IMG/VR virus record: IMGVR_UViG_3300045919_000415
Location: 1 to 61,702 of that record
Strand: one strand, 5' to 3'
Length of the DNA: 61,702 bases
Source of the DNA: a virus
Lineage: Duplodnaviria; Caudoviricetes
Under the pieces are notes generated by a model, which worked only from the letters and a program-made list of their open reading frames with translations, ran no database searches and had not been told where the DNA came from. The translations under genes were made by a program, and so were the position numbers. Positions 27,043 to 35,812 of the stretch are shown in pieces (positions within the stretch are counted from its first letter, which is position 1; every line of letters starts with the position of its first letter).

Positions 27043-27212
27043 CCCACGAGCTGCGCATCTCGAACGACAAGGCGCAAGCCCTGCACTACGAGATGGTGCG
27101 TCACGGCTACTTCGACACGACTCTCGTGCCACAACGCTTGATGGAACAGTGGCTTAAAGGGCCAAAGTACGACGTCCCCGAAAGCTTCTACACCCGTTAC
27201 AAACTCGACTAG
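26997..27212 (+). CDS. Hypothetical protein
   Basis: ATG 26997 with AAGGA RBS. Confidence 0.55.
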   Translation: MQIDRAYSWAQTERIAHELRISNDKAQALHYEMVRHGYFDTTLVPQRLMEQWLKGPKYDVPESFYTRYKLD

Positions 27213-27221
27213 GAGAGAATC

Positions 27222-27632
27222 ATGAAACTCGGTTCCCAAACCAACAGCATCGTGAATCACTTGTATGCACGCGGCACAATCGGCCAACCGGACCCGGTGG
27301 TCGGCATGGGTGTCACACTGCTCGGCTGGACTGACCGGAACGCCGGAACGATCCACGCCGTGCGCCTGTTGGCCAGCAAGCAGTGGTCGTGGGAAATCGA
27401 AGTGACCCACGACGCCTCGAAAGTCGTGTCCGGCTCCACGCTCGACGGAACGGCTGACTACGAATACACGCCGCGCCCGGACGGCGCACGCATGGTCTTT
27501 CGATTCAGCCTGAAATCAGGCATGTGGGTATGCGGAAGCATCAATCCAGACACCTCGAAATTCAATGCCAACAAACGCGGAAGTGGGTTGCGAATTGGTG
27601 AACGCGAGTCGTACTACGACCCCACGTTCTAA
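27222..27632 (+). CDS. Conserved phage hypothetical protein
   Basis: 136 aa, PVVGMGVT...WTDR...GxRESYYDPTF; TAA abuts HHR6. Confidence 0.7.
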   Translation: MKLGSQTNSIVNHLYARGTIGQPDPVVGMGVTLLGWTDRNAGTIHAVRLLASKQWSWEIEVTHDASKVVSGSTLDGTADYEYTPRPDGARMVFRFSLKSGMWVCGSINPDTSKFNANKRGSGLRIGERESYYDPTF

Positions 27633-27684
27633 GGACGAAACGCCCGCGAGGGCGTCCGCACGTAACGCGTGCGCTGATGAGTCC
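27633..27684 (+). ncRNA. Type II hammerhead ribozyme HHR6 (cleavage after C27656)
   Basis: GGAC-GAAA-CGCCC(GCGA)GGGCG-TC-CGCACG(TAACG)CGTGCG-CTGATGA-GTCC. Confidence 0.93.
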
Positions 27685-27708
27685 AGACCGACTTATAGGA
27701 GAGACAAC

Positions 27709-27960
27709 ATGATCCTCAAATACAACTCAAGCGTGAAGACGCCAGCGGGATGGCGTAATGTGGAAATCACGGCCACGGCAGAACGGGTCAGCAAGGGCAT
27801 GGCCTTGGTCACGCACATCAGTGCGATCGATGGCAAGCCGCTTGCCTACGACATGACGCGCACAGGTGCACGGCGTCAAGAGTTCAACGGCCATTTCTGG
27901 GCTGCCCGACAGGTCGGCACCATGAAGCGCATATCTGCGTGCACCGAGGTGCAGCCATGA
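27709..27960 (+). CDS. Hypothetical early protein
   Basis: AGGAG RBS after HHR6. Confidence 0.65.
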   Translation: MILKYNSSVKTPAGWRNVEITATAERVSKGMALVTHISAIDGKPLAYDMTRTGARRQEFNGHFWAARQVGTMKRISACTEVQP

Positions 27961-28196
27961 ATCACTTTCCACCCCTCTACTACGACGACCCTTACCACAG
28001 CCGGCAGTTCAACACGTGGATTCGCCTGAACTTCCTGTTGGCCTTGTTCGAGCCAGACGCCACTGTGTCGGCTATCGATGCCGGCTACTGCCTCGACGCG
28101 GTGCCGTCCATCCCGCGCGGCGGCATGCACGTCCGTCACATCAGCCGCTGGCTGCGCGCCAAGCCGACCTCGACCCTGATGCGGGACCTGCCATGA
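27957..28196 (+). CDS. Hypothetical protein
   Basis: GAGG RBS, ATGA coupling. Confidence 0.5.
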   Translation: MNHFPPLYYDDPYHSRQFNTWIRLNFLLALFEPDATVSAIDAGYCLDAVPSIPRGGMHVRHISRWLRAKPTSTLMRDLP

Positions 28197-28594
28197 GGGG
28201 CGCCATCCACCATCCGATGCTGGACAAGGCGCTCAGCTCCAAAGTGCAGAAGTTCCTCGCCATGGAGGCCACCGCCGGGATGGTGATGGGGCGCGATCGC
28301 TTCGGTGATCTCGACATCACGTTCTTCGGCCCGGCGTGGGACTTCGAGACCTTGGAACAGGCGCGATTCCATCACGACTCGAACGGCAACACGGTGCTCT
28401 CGACCTTCGAGAAACCCTCCGTCAGCCGGACCAAGGTCGCACTCGACCTGATGTCTGGCAACCCCGGCATGTCGATGCGCGAAGCGTCACGGCGTGCCGG
28501 CATCAACGTCATGGCGGTCTCACGCGCCGTGCGCAGCGCCGACAAACCGCGCTGCCCTCACTGCGGCTCAGTCATTCACCACAAGCCCAGCTGA
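28193..28594 (+). CDS. HTH DNA-binding protein with C-terminal CxxC
   Basis: MSMREASRRAGINVMAVSRAV HTH; CPHCG. Confidence 0.6.
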   Translation: MRGAIHHPMLDKALSSKVQKFLAMEATAGMVMGRDRFGDLDITFFGPAWDFETLEQARFHHDSNGNTVLSTFEKPSVSRTKVALDLMSGNPGMSMREASRRAGINVMAVSRAVRSADKPRCPHCGSVIHHKPS

Positions 28595-29094
28595 CTCGAC
28601 AGGCGTCGCCCCACGGCGGCACCTGTTTCATACTCCTTCTGGTCAATGAGCCCGCGCAACCACCGCGCCGCCTCGTCTCGTCCCGGCATCTTGGGCAGCT
28701 CACGCTGTCCCGTGCCGTGGCAGTAGCCGCAGTCCTCGTCCATGAGCGTCTGCACGTTCGTGCCCGGCAGGTGTCCCTTGCCTCCGCACGCACGACAATT
28801 CCCATCGATGTAATGATCCAGCACCTGCATCACCACCTTGCGTGCGTCCTGCCAGTTAATCACCGGCCCCCACTTGCTGCGACGCAGCTCCCCCTCCAGC
28901 ATCTGCACCACGTCGTGCGCCACGCTGCCGTCCTGCGTGAACTTCAGCCGCCACAGCGCCGCCCCGAGTGGGTTTCGCGCACCCGCCATCCCCATCGCCC
29001 GGATCACATCGATGTCCGACATGTCGTCAAGGTTATCTGACTCGCTCAGATCGCTTGATTCCATCGCGCCCACCATCCTTTCACTTCTTCCCAT
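28576..29094 (-). CDS. Antitermination protein Q-like (Zn finger)
   Basis: AMGMAG..NPLG.ALWRLK, CRACGGKG and CGYCHGTG. Confidence 0.65.
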   Translation of the reverse strand: MGRSERMVGAMESSDLSESDNLDDMSDIDVIRAMGMAGARNPLGAALWRLKFTQDGSVAHDVVQMLEGELRRSKWGPVINWQDARKVVMQVLDHYIDGNCRACGGKGHLPGTNVQTLMDEDCGYCHGTGQRELPKMPGRDEAARWLRGLIDQKEYETGAAVGRRLSSQLGLW

Positions 29095-29178
29095 CTCCTG
29101 CTCCCTCAGAATCGTTTTGGGCTGGCCAGATCGCTCCCAGTTGAACGATCGGACCCTTGTGTGTGGGTTGGGGCCTCC

Positions 29179-30609
29179 TCACCCTTTCAACGCAGCCAAG
29201 AGGCCGTTTTGCAAACTGTGCTTGCCCTGCAACAGGTCCGGCAGTGCCTCCTCCAGCGTGTCCGCCGCGCAAATGACCCGGACCACCACCTGCGCCGCCT
29301 GCGTCCCGTGGCGGTGCAGGCGATCGTTCAGCTGCTCGAAGTGGTCCAAGTCATGCGGGCAGCCGTACCAGACGACATTGTGTCCGGCGGTCTGCAGTCC
29401 GTCCAGACCGTGGCCGCCTTCCTTCGGGTGCATGACCAGCACCTGAAACTTGCCCGCGATCCAGTCCTGCAGCCGGTCAATGCGCCCGGCCCGCTTGCCG
29501 AGGCGCCGCAGAATGGCCTCCCGGTCCGCTGCGTAGCGGTACCCGACCACGATGCCGCCCGCGGTGCCGTCGACAATGTCCTCCAGCGCGTCCAGCTTCT
29601 CGTCGTGCACGTGTGCGACCTGTTTCTCCTGCCCGTGTTCGTCGTACGTGATGACCCGGCCATTGGCGATCTGCAGCAGCTTGATCATCTTGGCCGCCGC
29701 TTCGGGCGTCGCCACTTCCCGGTCACCAATCAACGTGACCAATTCGCTCTTGAGCTCGCGATACATCTCCCGCGCGTCCACGGGCAACTCCACCCACTCG
29801 GCCTTGATGATGAGTGGCGGCAGGTCCAGCCAGTCCTCCTTGCGAAACGCGAAGCAGATATCCGACACCCGCGCGCTCACCCGCGCCGCCGTGTCGTCCT
29901 TCTCCACATATACCGCACGCTGCTGCCCTTGGACCGTGATCAACTTGTCAATCGCCATGAACTGCTTGCGGAAGGCGCCAATGGTCGTGCCGAGGCGCTC
30001 ACCCCCGTCCAACAGTCCGACCGGGAAAAACACATCCTCGATGCCGTTGGCTGCCGGCGTGCCGGTCAGCTGCACCTGCCGCTTGACGAAGTCGCGAATG
30101 GACCGCGCCGCCCGGAACGCCAGACTCTTCTTGTTCTTGAGGTGACGCGCTTCGTCGAACACGACGCCGTCATACGGGAAGTTCACGCCATAGGCCCGCA
30201 CCAGATGCGGGAACTGCTCATAGCTCACCAAGTGGATGCACTCGCGCATCGCCAGCAGCGCCGCCTTGGTCCCGGCCCTGTCCTTCAACGCCAGCACTTT
30301 GCGGCTCTTGTCCTTCGGGTGCGCCACCCGCTGCAGCTGGATGTGGTCCGTGTCGATGATCCGCCAGCTCAGGTGCCGCGTGTGGTCCCACTTCGCGATC
30401 TCTTTCGGCCACGTCAGCTGCGTCACCCGCTTCGGGCTCACGATCAGCCACCGGCTCACCTCGAACCTGTCATGGGCCAGCACGTCGATCGCCGACAGTG
30501 TCGACACCGACTTGCCCAGCCCCGGCTTCGCCCACAACGCGCACGCCGGCAACTCGATCACCTTGTTCGTCATCGTCTGCTGATACGGCCTTGCCTTGTA
30601 TTGGGTCAT
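29179..30609 (-). CDS. SNF2-like DEAD/H-box helicase
   Basis: PGLGKS, FDEA, LTGTP, KLLQIANG, GGHGLDGLQ, QLNDRLHR. Confidence 0.88.
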   Translation of the reverse strand: MTQYKARPYQQTMTNKVIELPACALWAKPGLGKSVSTLSAIDVLAHDRFEVSRWLIVSPKRVTQLTWPKEIAKWDHTRHLSWRIIDTDHIQLQRVAHPKDKSRKVLALKDRAGTKAALLAMRECIHLVSYEQFPHLVRAYGVNFPYDGVVFDEARHLKNKKSLAFRAARSIRDFVKRQVQLTGTPAANGIEDVFFPVGLLDGGERLGTTIGAFRKQFMAIDKLITVQGQQRAVYVEKDDTAARVSARVSDICFAFRKEDWLDLPPLIIKAEWVELPVDAREMYRELKSELVTLIGDREVATPEAAAKMIKLLQIANGRVITYDEHGQEKQVAHVHDEKLDALEDIVDGTAGGIVVGYRYAADREAILRRLGKRAGRIDRLQDWIAGKFQVLVMHPKEGGHGLDGLQTAGHNVVWYGCPHDLDHFEQLNDRLHRHGTQAAQVVVRVICAADTLEEALPDLLQGKHSLQNGLLAALKG

Positions 30610-30908
30610 GCTTTCATCCTCACCAGAAAAAGATTCACACCCTCACGCGTGTCCGCCCATCCCGCCACACACCCCATGCGCGTCAACCGCTCAATCCACC
30701 ACCGCTGAATCCGGCTCGGCGTTTTTCCCGCCTTCTTCAATTCCAGAAACCCTATCCGGTTCCGGGGTATCACAATCAACCGGTCCGGCAATCCATCCCA
30801 TCCCAGCTTGACCGTGAACCCTTTGCGCCGCTTGACCTCCTCCCCGAGATAGTCCTCAAGGTTCAATTCTTTTGTCCCTACAAGCAGATCAAGCATTCCC
30901 TCCCCCAT
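30606..30908 (-). CDS. VRR-NUC domain nuclease
   Basis: GLPDRL...FLELK..G..PS.IQ. Confidence 0.85.
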   Translation of the reverse strand: MGEGMLDLLVGTKELNLEDYLGEEVKRRKGFTVKLGWDGLPDRLIVIPRNRIGFLELKKAGKTPSRIQRWWIERLTRMGCVAGWADTREGVNLFLVRMKA

Positions 30909-30960
30909 CCCTTGTTATCCCCCGTTGCGGCGTCCCTCCGGGAGTCTGTAACCAGTTGTG

Positions 30961-31168
30961 CAATGTCACTACTGTCACTACGCGCGCTATTACTTTATTT
31001 CTCGCGCACGTTTTACCTTTAGAAAAATGGCACGTAAGTAAGTATTCGCGTGTAGTGACAGTACCGACAGTAGCCTCAAAACGGCCAGTTTTTACCGCAT
31101 TGTGAAAAGACCCTACTAGGCTAATGTCGGTACTGTCAGCCATTGTCGCTACTGTCAGTATTGTCACT
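30961..31168. repeat. Cluster of ~9 degenerate 9-bp repeats (AHTGTCRSY) in both orientations; candidate replication origin
   Basis: aatgtcact-actgtcact, inverted pair near 31054-31071, five copies at 31123-31168; AT-rich core. Confidence 0.5.
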
Positions 31169-33709
31169 GGCATTTCCTGTTTTCCCTCTTTTTACCGCCC
31201 ACACGGCACGCGCCTGTGATCGGGCCACTTTTCGCTGCTTTGCCTCTGTTTGCTGGTCGTCGTAGTGCTCGAAAATGCGTGGATTGACGGTCCACGCGGT
31301 CGCATCCCCGAGCATGTGGCCGCGTTTTGAGCCCGGGCGCCGCCCCGCCGTGCCGAGAATCCAGCCCTTGTCGTGGAGCATGTGGATCAGGTTTTGCTGG
31401 TCGTAGGGCTTGATATCGTTCCACGCGGACACGGTTCTGGCGATCTCGCGGCGCGTGATCGTGGCCGGCGGGGTGTCCGATTCCGGGTCTTCCTGCAGCA
31501 GGATGCTGTCGCCGATCGCCTGCAGCAGTCCGGACTGGGTGGTCTTGGCGCAGGTCAGGTAGAAGGCTTCGGTGTGGTGAAACACCCAGATCATGAAGTT
31601 GATGGCTTCATTGATGGTGGTTTCCGGGATGTCTTGGCTGAGTATTTCCCCGAGGAAGTTGTCCGGGTCCGTGTCGAGCCACGCCCAGTTGGCGATGTGG
31701 AATGCCGCGGCGAGGCGCGCGAGGTTGGTGGGCCACTTCTCGAGCCACGCCTTGAGGTGACCTTGGTCGAGGCGCGCCAGTGTGTTGGCTTCCTTGCACG
31801 ACTGGTTGAATCGTTGCTGGGCCTGCGGGTCGAACCTGAGCGTCTGCTCGGACAGGTGGTTGATGCGCTTGAAGAGCGCGTTGTAGCGCTGCTGCAGGTC
31901 CGGGTCGACTTGCAGGTCTTCGTTGGTGGGCAGGCGGTTCGCGTCGGTCAGGACGATGCTCAGGAAGCGCGCCATCATGCCGTCTTCACTGCCGGGCATG
32001 AGCACGGTCTTCGCACGTTCGGGCTGGATGCCGCCGGCGATGGTGAGCGCGAAGCAGGGGACCATGGTGTCCCCGCCCTTGCGCGCCACCTTGTAGAACT
32101 TGCCGTTGTAGGCCTCCAACATGTTGGCGCGGTCGGAGCCTTCGCCGCCCTTGTACTGGTTCATGCCTTTGATGAGGCCAGCCAGCTCGTCCACACCCAT
32201 GGTGACTGAGCGTGCAGGGTAGGCCTGCTCGCAGGCTTGGAAGATGGCTTCGGTCGTGGAGTTGCTGATCAGGCGGTGTTGTGCTTTTGGGCGCGTGGCC
32301 AGCATTGCCTTGCGCTCCTGCGGGGTGGCGGCGTCGTAGTCACACTGCCAGTCGGCGAGCTTGAGCTTGTACATGTTGTAGTCGTGCAGGTCCGCGTCCT
32401 CGATCGGCTTGAAGGCGGCCTGATACATGGGCGTCTTGCCGGAGCCTGAGTCACCCACGACCACCCCCCAGAGAATCACGGGCTCGGTCCAGCGGGTGTC
32501 GTTGCGCTTCGGGTTGATCTTGACGTGCATGGGGACTTGGCCGGTGATGGCGAGCACGCTGAACAGCAGATAGCCGGCCGGGTCTTGGCCCGCCATCAGG
32601 GCGTTCTGGTTGGCGTAGTCAATCAGGAAGGAAGGCGCCGCGGTGTCAGGCAGCGGCGGGATGTCGGACATCGTCCACAAGTCCATGGGCTCCGGGATCT
32701 CTTCGATCGGCGTGAAGCGGTCGACGATCGCCGTGAACTCGTCAATGGCCGACGGTCCCCAGCCCGCTTTTCTCGCGCGCCAGAAGATGCTCGCGGCGGT
32801 GGTCAGCTTGCGGTCCGGCGTGAGGGAACCGTCGCCAATGTAGGCCCAGATGCGGTTCTCGAAAAAGGCTTCGTCGAACTTGTCGCTTCGGACACTGAAG
32901 GCGGTGGCAATCTGCTTGCCCTCGTCGCTGCCCCCCGTGGCGTGGTGAATCCCGAAGATGCACTCGAGCCACGCGTGGTAATCAAGGCCGTCGCCGTCAT
33001 TCGGGATGGCAGCGAGTGCATCCTGCAGCTGGTGTATATCCTCGGACGTGAGCTCGAGTTGAGGGAGGTTTTCTACCACCTTGGCCACCGGGTATGGTTT
33101 CACCGGCGCACTGAATCGGAATTCGAAGTAGTCTGTTCTGGCGAGCGGTTCGAACGTGAAGGGGTCAAGGGGCACGGACTTGCCCGCGAGCGGCAGGATG
33201 AACATGTTGCCCCACTCACCGGCGCCTACCTTGTCCTGCTTCGGGAATATCTCGACCTGACCCTGCACCAAACCCTTGGCGCCGTTCTTCAGCCCGGCCT
33301 TGGCGAGCAGGTCAGCCATGAGCAGGCGCACGTCGCGCGCGGCTTGGGGTTTGTCCCAGAGGATGTAGAGGTGGGCGCCGTTGCCGCCACTCGAGCGAAA
33401 GCAGGTGGGCTTGAGGCCCATCTCGTAGGCGTATCCGGTGACCTGCTCAAGGGTTTCGCATACACCCTCGAAACTGATCTCACCCCTGTGGGAGTCGAAG
33501 TCCAGAAGCGCTACGGATGTGACATTGGCGCCCGATTCCATGGGGTAGGCACCATAGGTGTTGCTGCCGTGCACGTGATTGTGCAGGGCTTCGGCGTCCA
33601 GTCGCAGTTTCTGCGCCCGTGGGCCGTCTTGAAATTTCTCCGCCCGCACGTCGCGACGCACGCGGTCGGTGAGCGGGGACAGGCGGGTCAACAGGTCTTG
33701 CGTCGTCAT
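31136..33709 (-). CDS. Primase (AEP-like plus PriCT-2) fused to DUF3987/YfjI-like P-loop helicase domain
   Basis: LLDFD, SSGGNGAHLY, EIFPKQ; LDY..W...FGIH; GDSGSGKT, DEL, GGIQP, DGMMARFL. Confidence 0.82.
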   Translation of the reverse strand: MTTQDLLTRLSPLTDRVRRDVRAEKFQDGPRAQKLRLDAEALHNHVHGSNTYGAYPMESGANVTSVALLDFDSHRGEISFEGVCETLEQVTGYAYEMGLKPTCFRSSGGNGAHLYILWDKPQAARDVRLLMADLLAKAGLKNGAKGLVQGQVEIFPKQDKVGAGEWGNMFILPLAGKSVPLDPFTFEPLARTDYFEFRFSAPVKPYPVAKVVENLPQLELTSEDIHQLQDALAAIPNDGDGLDYHAWLECIFGIHHATGGSDEGKQIATAFSVRSDKFDEAFFENRIWAYIGDGSLTPDRKLTTAASIFWRARKAGWGPSAIDEFTAIVDRFTPIEEIPEPMDLWTMSDIPPLPDTAAPSFLIDYANQNALMAGQDPAGYLLFSVLAITGQVPMHVKINPKRNDTRWTEPVILWGVVVGDSGSGKTPMYQAAFKPIEDADLHDYNMYKLKLADWQCDYDAATPQERKAMLATRPKAQHRLISNSTTEAIFQACEQAYPARSVTMGVDELAGLIKGMNQYKGGEGSDRANMLEAYNGKFYKVARKGGDTMVPCFALTIAGGIQPERAKTVLMPGSEDGMMARFLSIVLTDANRLPTNEDLQVDPDLQQRYNALFKRINHLSEQTLRFDPQAQQRFNQSCKEANTLARLDQGHLKAWLEKWPTNLARLAAAFHIANWAWLDTDPDNFLGEILSQDIPETTINEAINFMIWVFHHTEAFYLTCAKTTQSGLLQAIGDSILLQEDPESDTPPATITRREIARTVSAWNDIKPYDQQNLIHMLHDKGWILGTAGRRPGSKRGHMLGDATAWTVNPRIFEHYDDQQTEAKQRKVARSQARAVWAVKRGKTGNASDNTDSSDNG

Positions 33710-33727
33710 ATGTTGGCTCTCGGGTTG

Positions 33728-33757
33728 AAAAGAAAAACAGGGGGCACAGGGCCCCCT
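33728..33757 (-). terminator. Rho-independent terminator
   Basis: AGGGGGC-CCTGT-GCCCCCT followed by GTTTTTCTTTT on the minus strand. Confidence 0.65.
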
Positions 33758-33770
33758 TGGTCAGGCGGAA

Positions 33771-34862
33771 TTACCAGAACTTTTTGAAGATGCCGACCGC
33801 CTTCTGCCGCGCTGTTTCTTCCGGGATGTACAGCACGCGCGAGGGCACGAGCGTTCCATTGAAATCAGGGTGCAGTTCCGGGTGCAGGGCTTCTGGCGGC
33901 AGGTGATGGTCGACTTCCTCGGGCGCGCAGACCTTGATCGCGGCGGTGGTCAGGTCGACAACGGCGTCGTTCAAGTGACGGACCATTTCCGCAGTCATGG
34001 CATGTTGTCTGGCCTTGCAGGCGTCTTGGTCTGCCAGCGATACACCCCAGCGCTGCTCACCATTTGTGTAAATGGTGAGGTCGGGCAGTCGTCCAGCGGC
34101 GAACTCGTAGGTGATGGTGTTGAGGTGACCGCCGGACGCAGGCAGTTCAATCTTCACGAGCGCATACTTGTCACGCTTGACCTGATATTCGACCTGCGCC
34201 ACCAGCTTCTGGTACATGAACCTGTTGTGATCGGGAACATCGATGGTCTTGGCCAGTTGCTTCGTGAGCGCATTGATCTGGTGCGCTTGGTTGTCGATCA
34301 CGTGTTGCTCTTGCTCCGCCCGGTTCTTCGAGTGGTCTGCGGCGGCATGCAAGCGCTTGATCTCGGCATGCTGAGCTTTGATCTCGTCATGCATCTTGGA
34401 AATTTGATCAAGGTACTCGTCACGCGCCGCGGCGACGTTCGCGGTCGCCCCGCGCGACGAGTCGTAGCAGCGCAGCAGGTTCGCTTTGGCTTGTTTCAGC
34501 TCATCAATCTCAAGGTTCAACTTCTTGTTGCGTTGAATCTCGTCGTGAATCCGCTTGGCTTGGTAATCCACGCGCGCTTGGAGCTCCGGCACGGTCTTGC
34601 TGCCGGTGGCGACATGGTCGGCGTGCTGCGTGCACAACGTGGCGTGCTTGTCCAGCAGCGCCTTGTGATCTTTCTTCAGTTTGGCGTGAGCGGCTCTCAA
34701 GGCAACCGTCTCGTTTTTGTCGGCCACCGCCTCGCGCTGCTGCCACAATTGCAGTGCGGCACAGCGGCGAGCGAGCTGGTCCCGTTCCTTCCGGGCGTCA
34801 ACAAGCTGGTCGCTCAACGTATTGATGTGCTGCAGCAGGGTATTTATCATTTCGTAAGTCAT
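33771..34862 (-). CDS. Long coiled-coil hypothetical protein
   Basis: ATG 34862 (MTYEMINT), heptad-rich. Confidence 0.65.
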   Translation of the reverse strand: MTYEMINTLLQHINTLSDQLVDARKERDQLARRCAALQLWQQREAVADKNETVALRAAHAKLKKDHKALLDKHATLCTQHADHVATGSKTVPELQARVDYQAKRIHDEIQRNKKLNLEIDELKQAKANLLRCYDSSRGATANVAAARDEYLDQISKMHDEIKAQHAEIKRLHAAADHSKNRAEQEQHVIDNQAHQINALTKQLAKTIDVPDHNRFMYQKLVAQVEYQVKRDKYALVKIELPASGGHLNTITYEFAAGRLPDLTIYTNGEQRWGVSLADQDACKARQHAMTAEMVRHLNDAVVDLTTAAIKVCAPEEVDHHLPPEALHPELHPDFNGTLVPSRVLYIPEETARQKAVGIFKKFW

Positions 34863-35064
34863 GATCGATCTCTCTTGAAAGTGGGTAGTGAAATAAGTGG
34901 CCGTAGCTTTCCGGCCTGTCATGTGGACTTCGGCACCTTTGCGCCCACCAGCGCATTGAAAGCGAATGGCCAGCTGGAGAGCCTGACCACCCACCCGAGA
35001 GACCCCCGGCAAACCCGAGGCGGCAGGTGCCATACCGGACGCTATCGACCCTCAACGTCGCAAC

Positions 35065-35274
35065 CTATTGAATGACTGGCGGCCCTTGTCTGATCGACCA
35101 GTCAATCGAATCCTTCAAGCATTCCAGCCCGTCCTCATCAAACGTGGCGTGCGGGTGCAGCTCAATCCTCAAGTCCGCCGACAGCTCAATCACCACGGTC
35201 TCACCCTCGAGCACGTGCTCAATCATCTCGGGGTACAAAAACAAGGCGATAGTTGTGGGCTTGGGCATGCACAC
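35065..35274 (-). CDS. Small acidic hypothetical protein
   Basis: 69-aa ORF next to the divergent control region. Confidence 0.4.
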   Translation of the reverse strand: MCMPKPTTIALFLYPEMIEHVLEGETVVIELSADLRIELHPHATFDEDGLECLKDSIDWSIRQGPPVIQ

Positions 35275-35470
35275 ACTATAGCGCGCTGTGCGCCATAACG
35301 CATAGCTGTTTCAATTGTTAACACAAATTGAATTGCGTGGTTTGGTGTGGTGGCGCACATTAGCACACAGCGGCATTGAAACCGCACGTACATCTCCGAT
35401 GACGCCGCGTCACGGAGACCGGTGTCACCTACCGTCCAAAGAAGTGGTGAGTCTTCCGGCGCTGGCCGGA

Positions 35471-35574
35471 GCCTTCAAGGAACGGATCTGGGCGCTCATG
35501 ACGAGCGGTCCTAGTCCGGCGAAGGGGTAATCAGCAGACTACTGGCCCCGGACCCAGTGAAGTTCCTTGAAGGC
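35471..35574 (+). ncRNA. Structured leader upstream of HicA-like gene
   Basis: Perfect 13-bp inverted repeat GCCTTCAAGGAAC/GTTCCTTGAAGGC enclosing further stems. Confidence 0.45.
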
Positions 35575-35599
35575 AAACCAGACAGGCCGGGAGCCAACC

Positions 35600-35812
35600 A
35601 TGCAGACCGTGAGCAGCAACAAGGACATTCAGAAGATCGTTCGGCAACTCGTAGGCGAGGGTTGGTCGACCGAGTGGGTGGGCAAGCACGCCAAGCTGTA
35701 CACCCCCGATCGGACGTGTTGGATCACAGTGTCGTGTAGCCCGAGTGACCGCAACGCGGCCAATCAATTCAAGCGGCAAGTCCGCAAACTCCAGAAGGAA
35801 AAGGAAATCTGA
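35600..35812 (+). CDS. HicA-like (dsRBD-fold) mRNA interferase-like protein
   Basis: GW.....GKH.KL..P....ITV..SPSD.N pattern; 70 aa, basic. Confidence 0.62.
   Translation: MQTVSSNKDIQKIVRQLVGEGWSTEWVGKHAKLYTPDRTCWITVSCSPSDRNAANQFKRQVRKLQKEKEI

Noticed and set aside
22908-27684. CRISPR array or integron attC interpretation of the 52-nt repeats
   Set aside because: Intervening segments are 315-1566 bp of intact genes; no cas or intI gene; no attC core boxes; covarying stems around an invariant hammerhead core explain the repeat
22898-27960. ORF-track N-terminal extensions reading through the repeats (RTKPPGGGPHVTR, KDETPARASAR)
   Set aside because: True starts with RBS lie downstream of each ribozyme; extensions are artefacts of longest-ORF calling
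29161-35075. Long plus-strand ORFs (515, 420 and 401 aa)
   Set aside because: Antisense shadows of helicase, primase and coiled-coil genes in high-GC DNA; no motifs
35484-35530. HDV-like or twister ribozyme (GGCGAA; GGTCCTAGTCCGG)
   Set aside because: Could not build the required pseudoknots by eye
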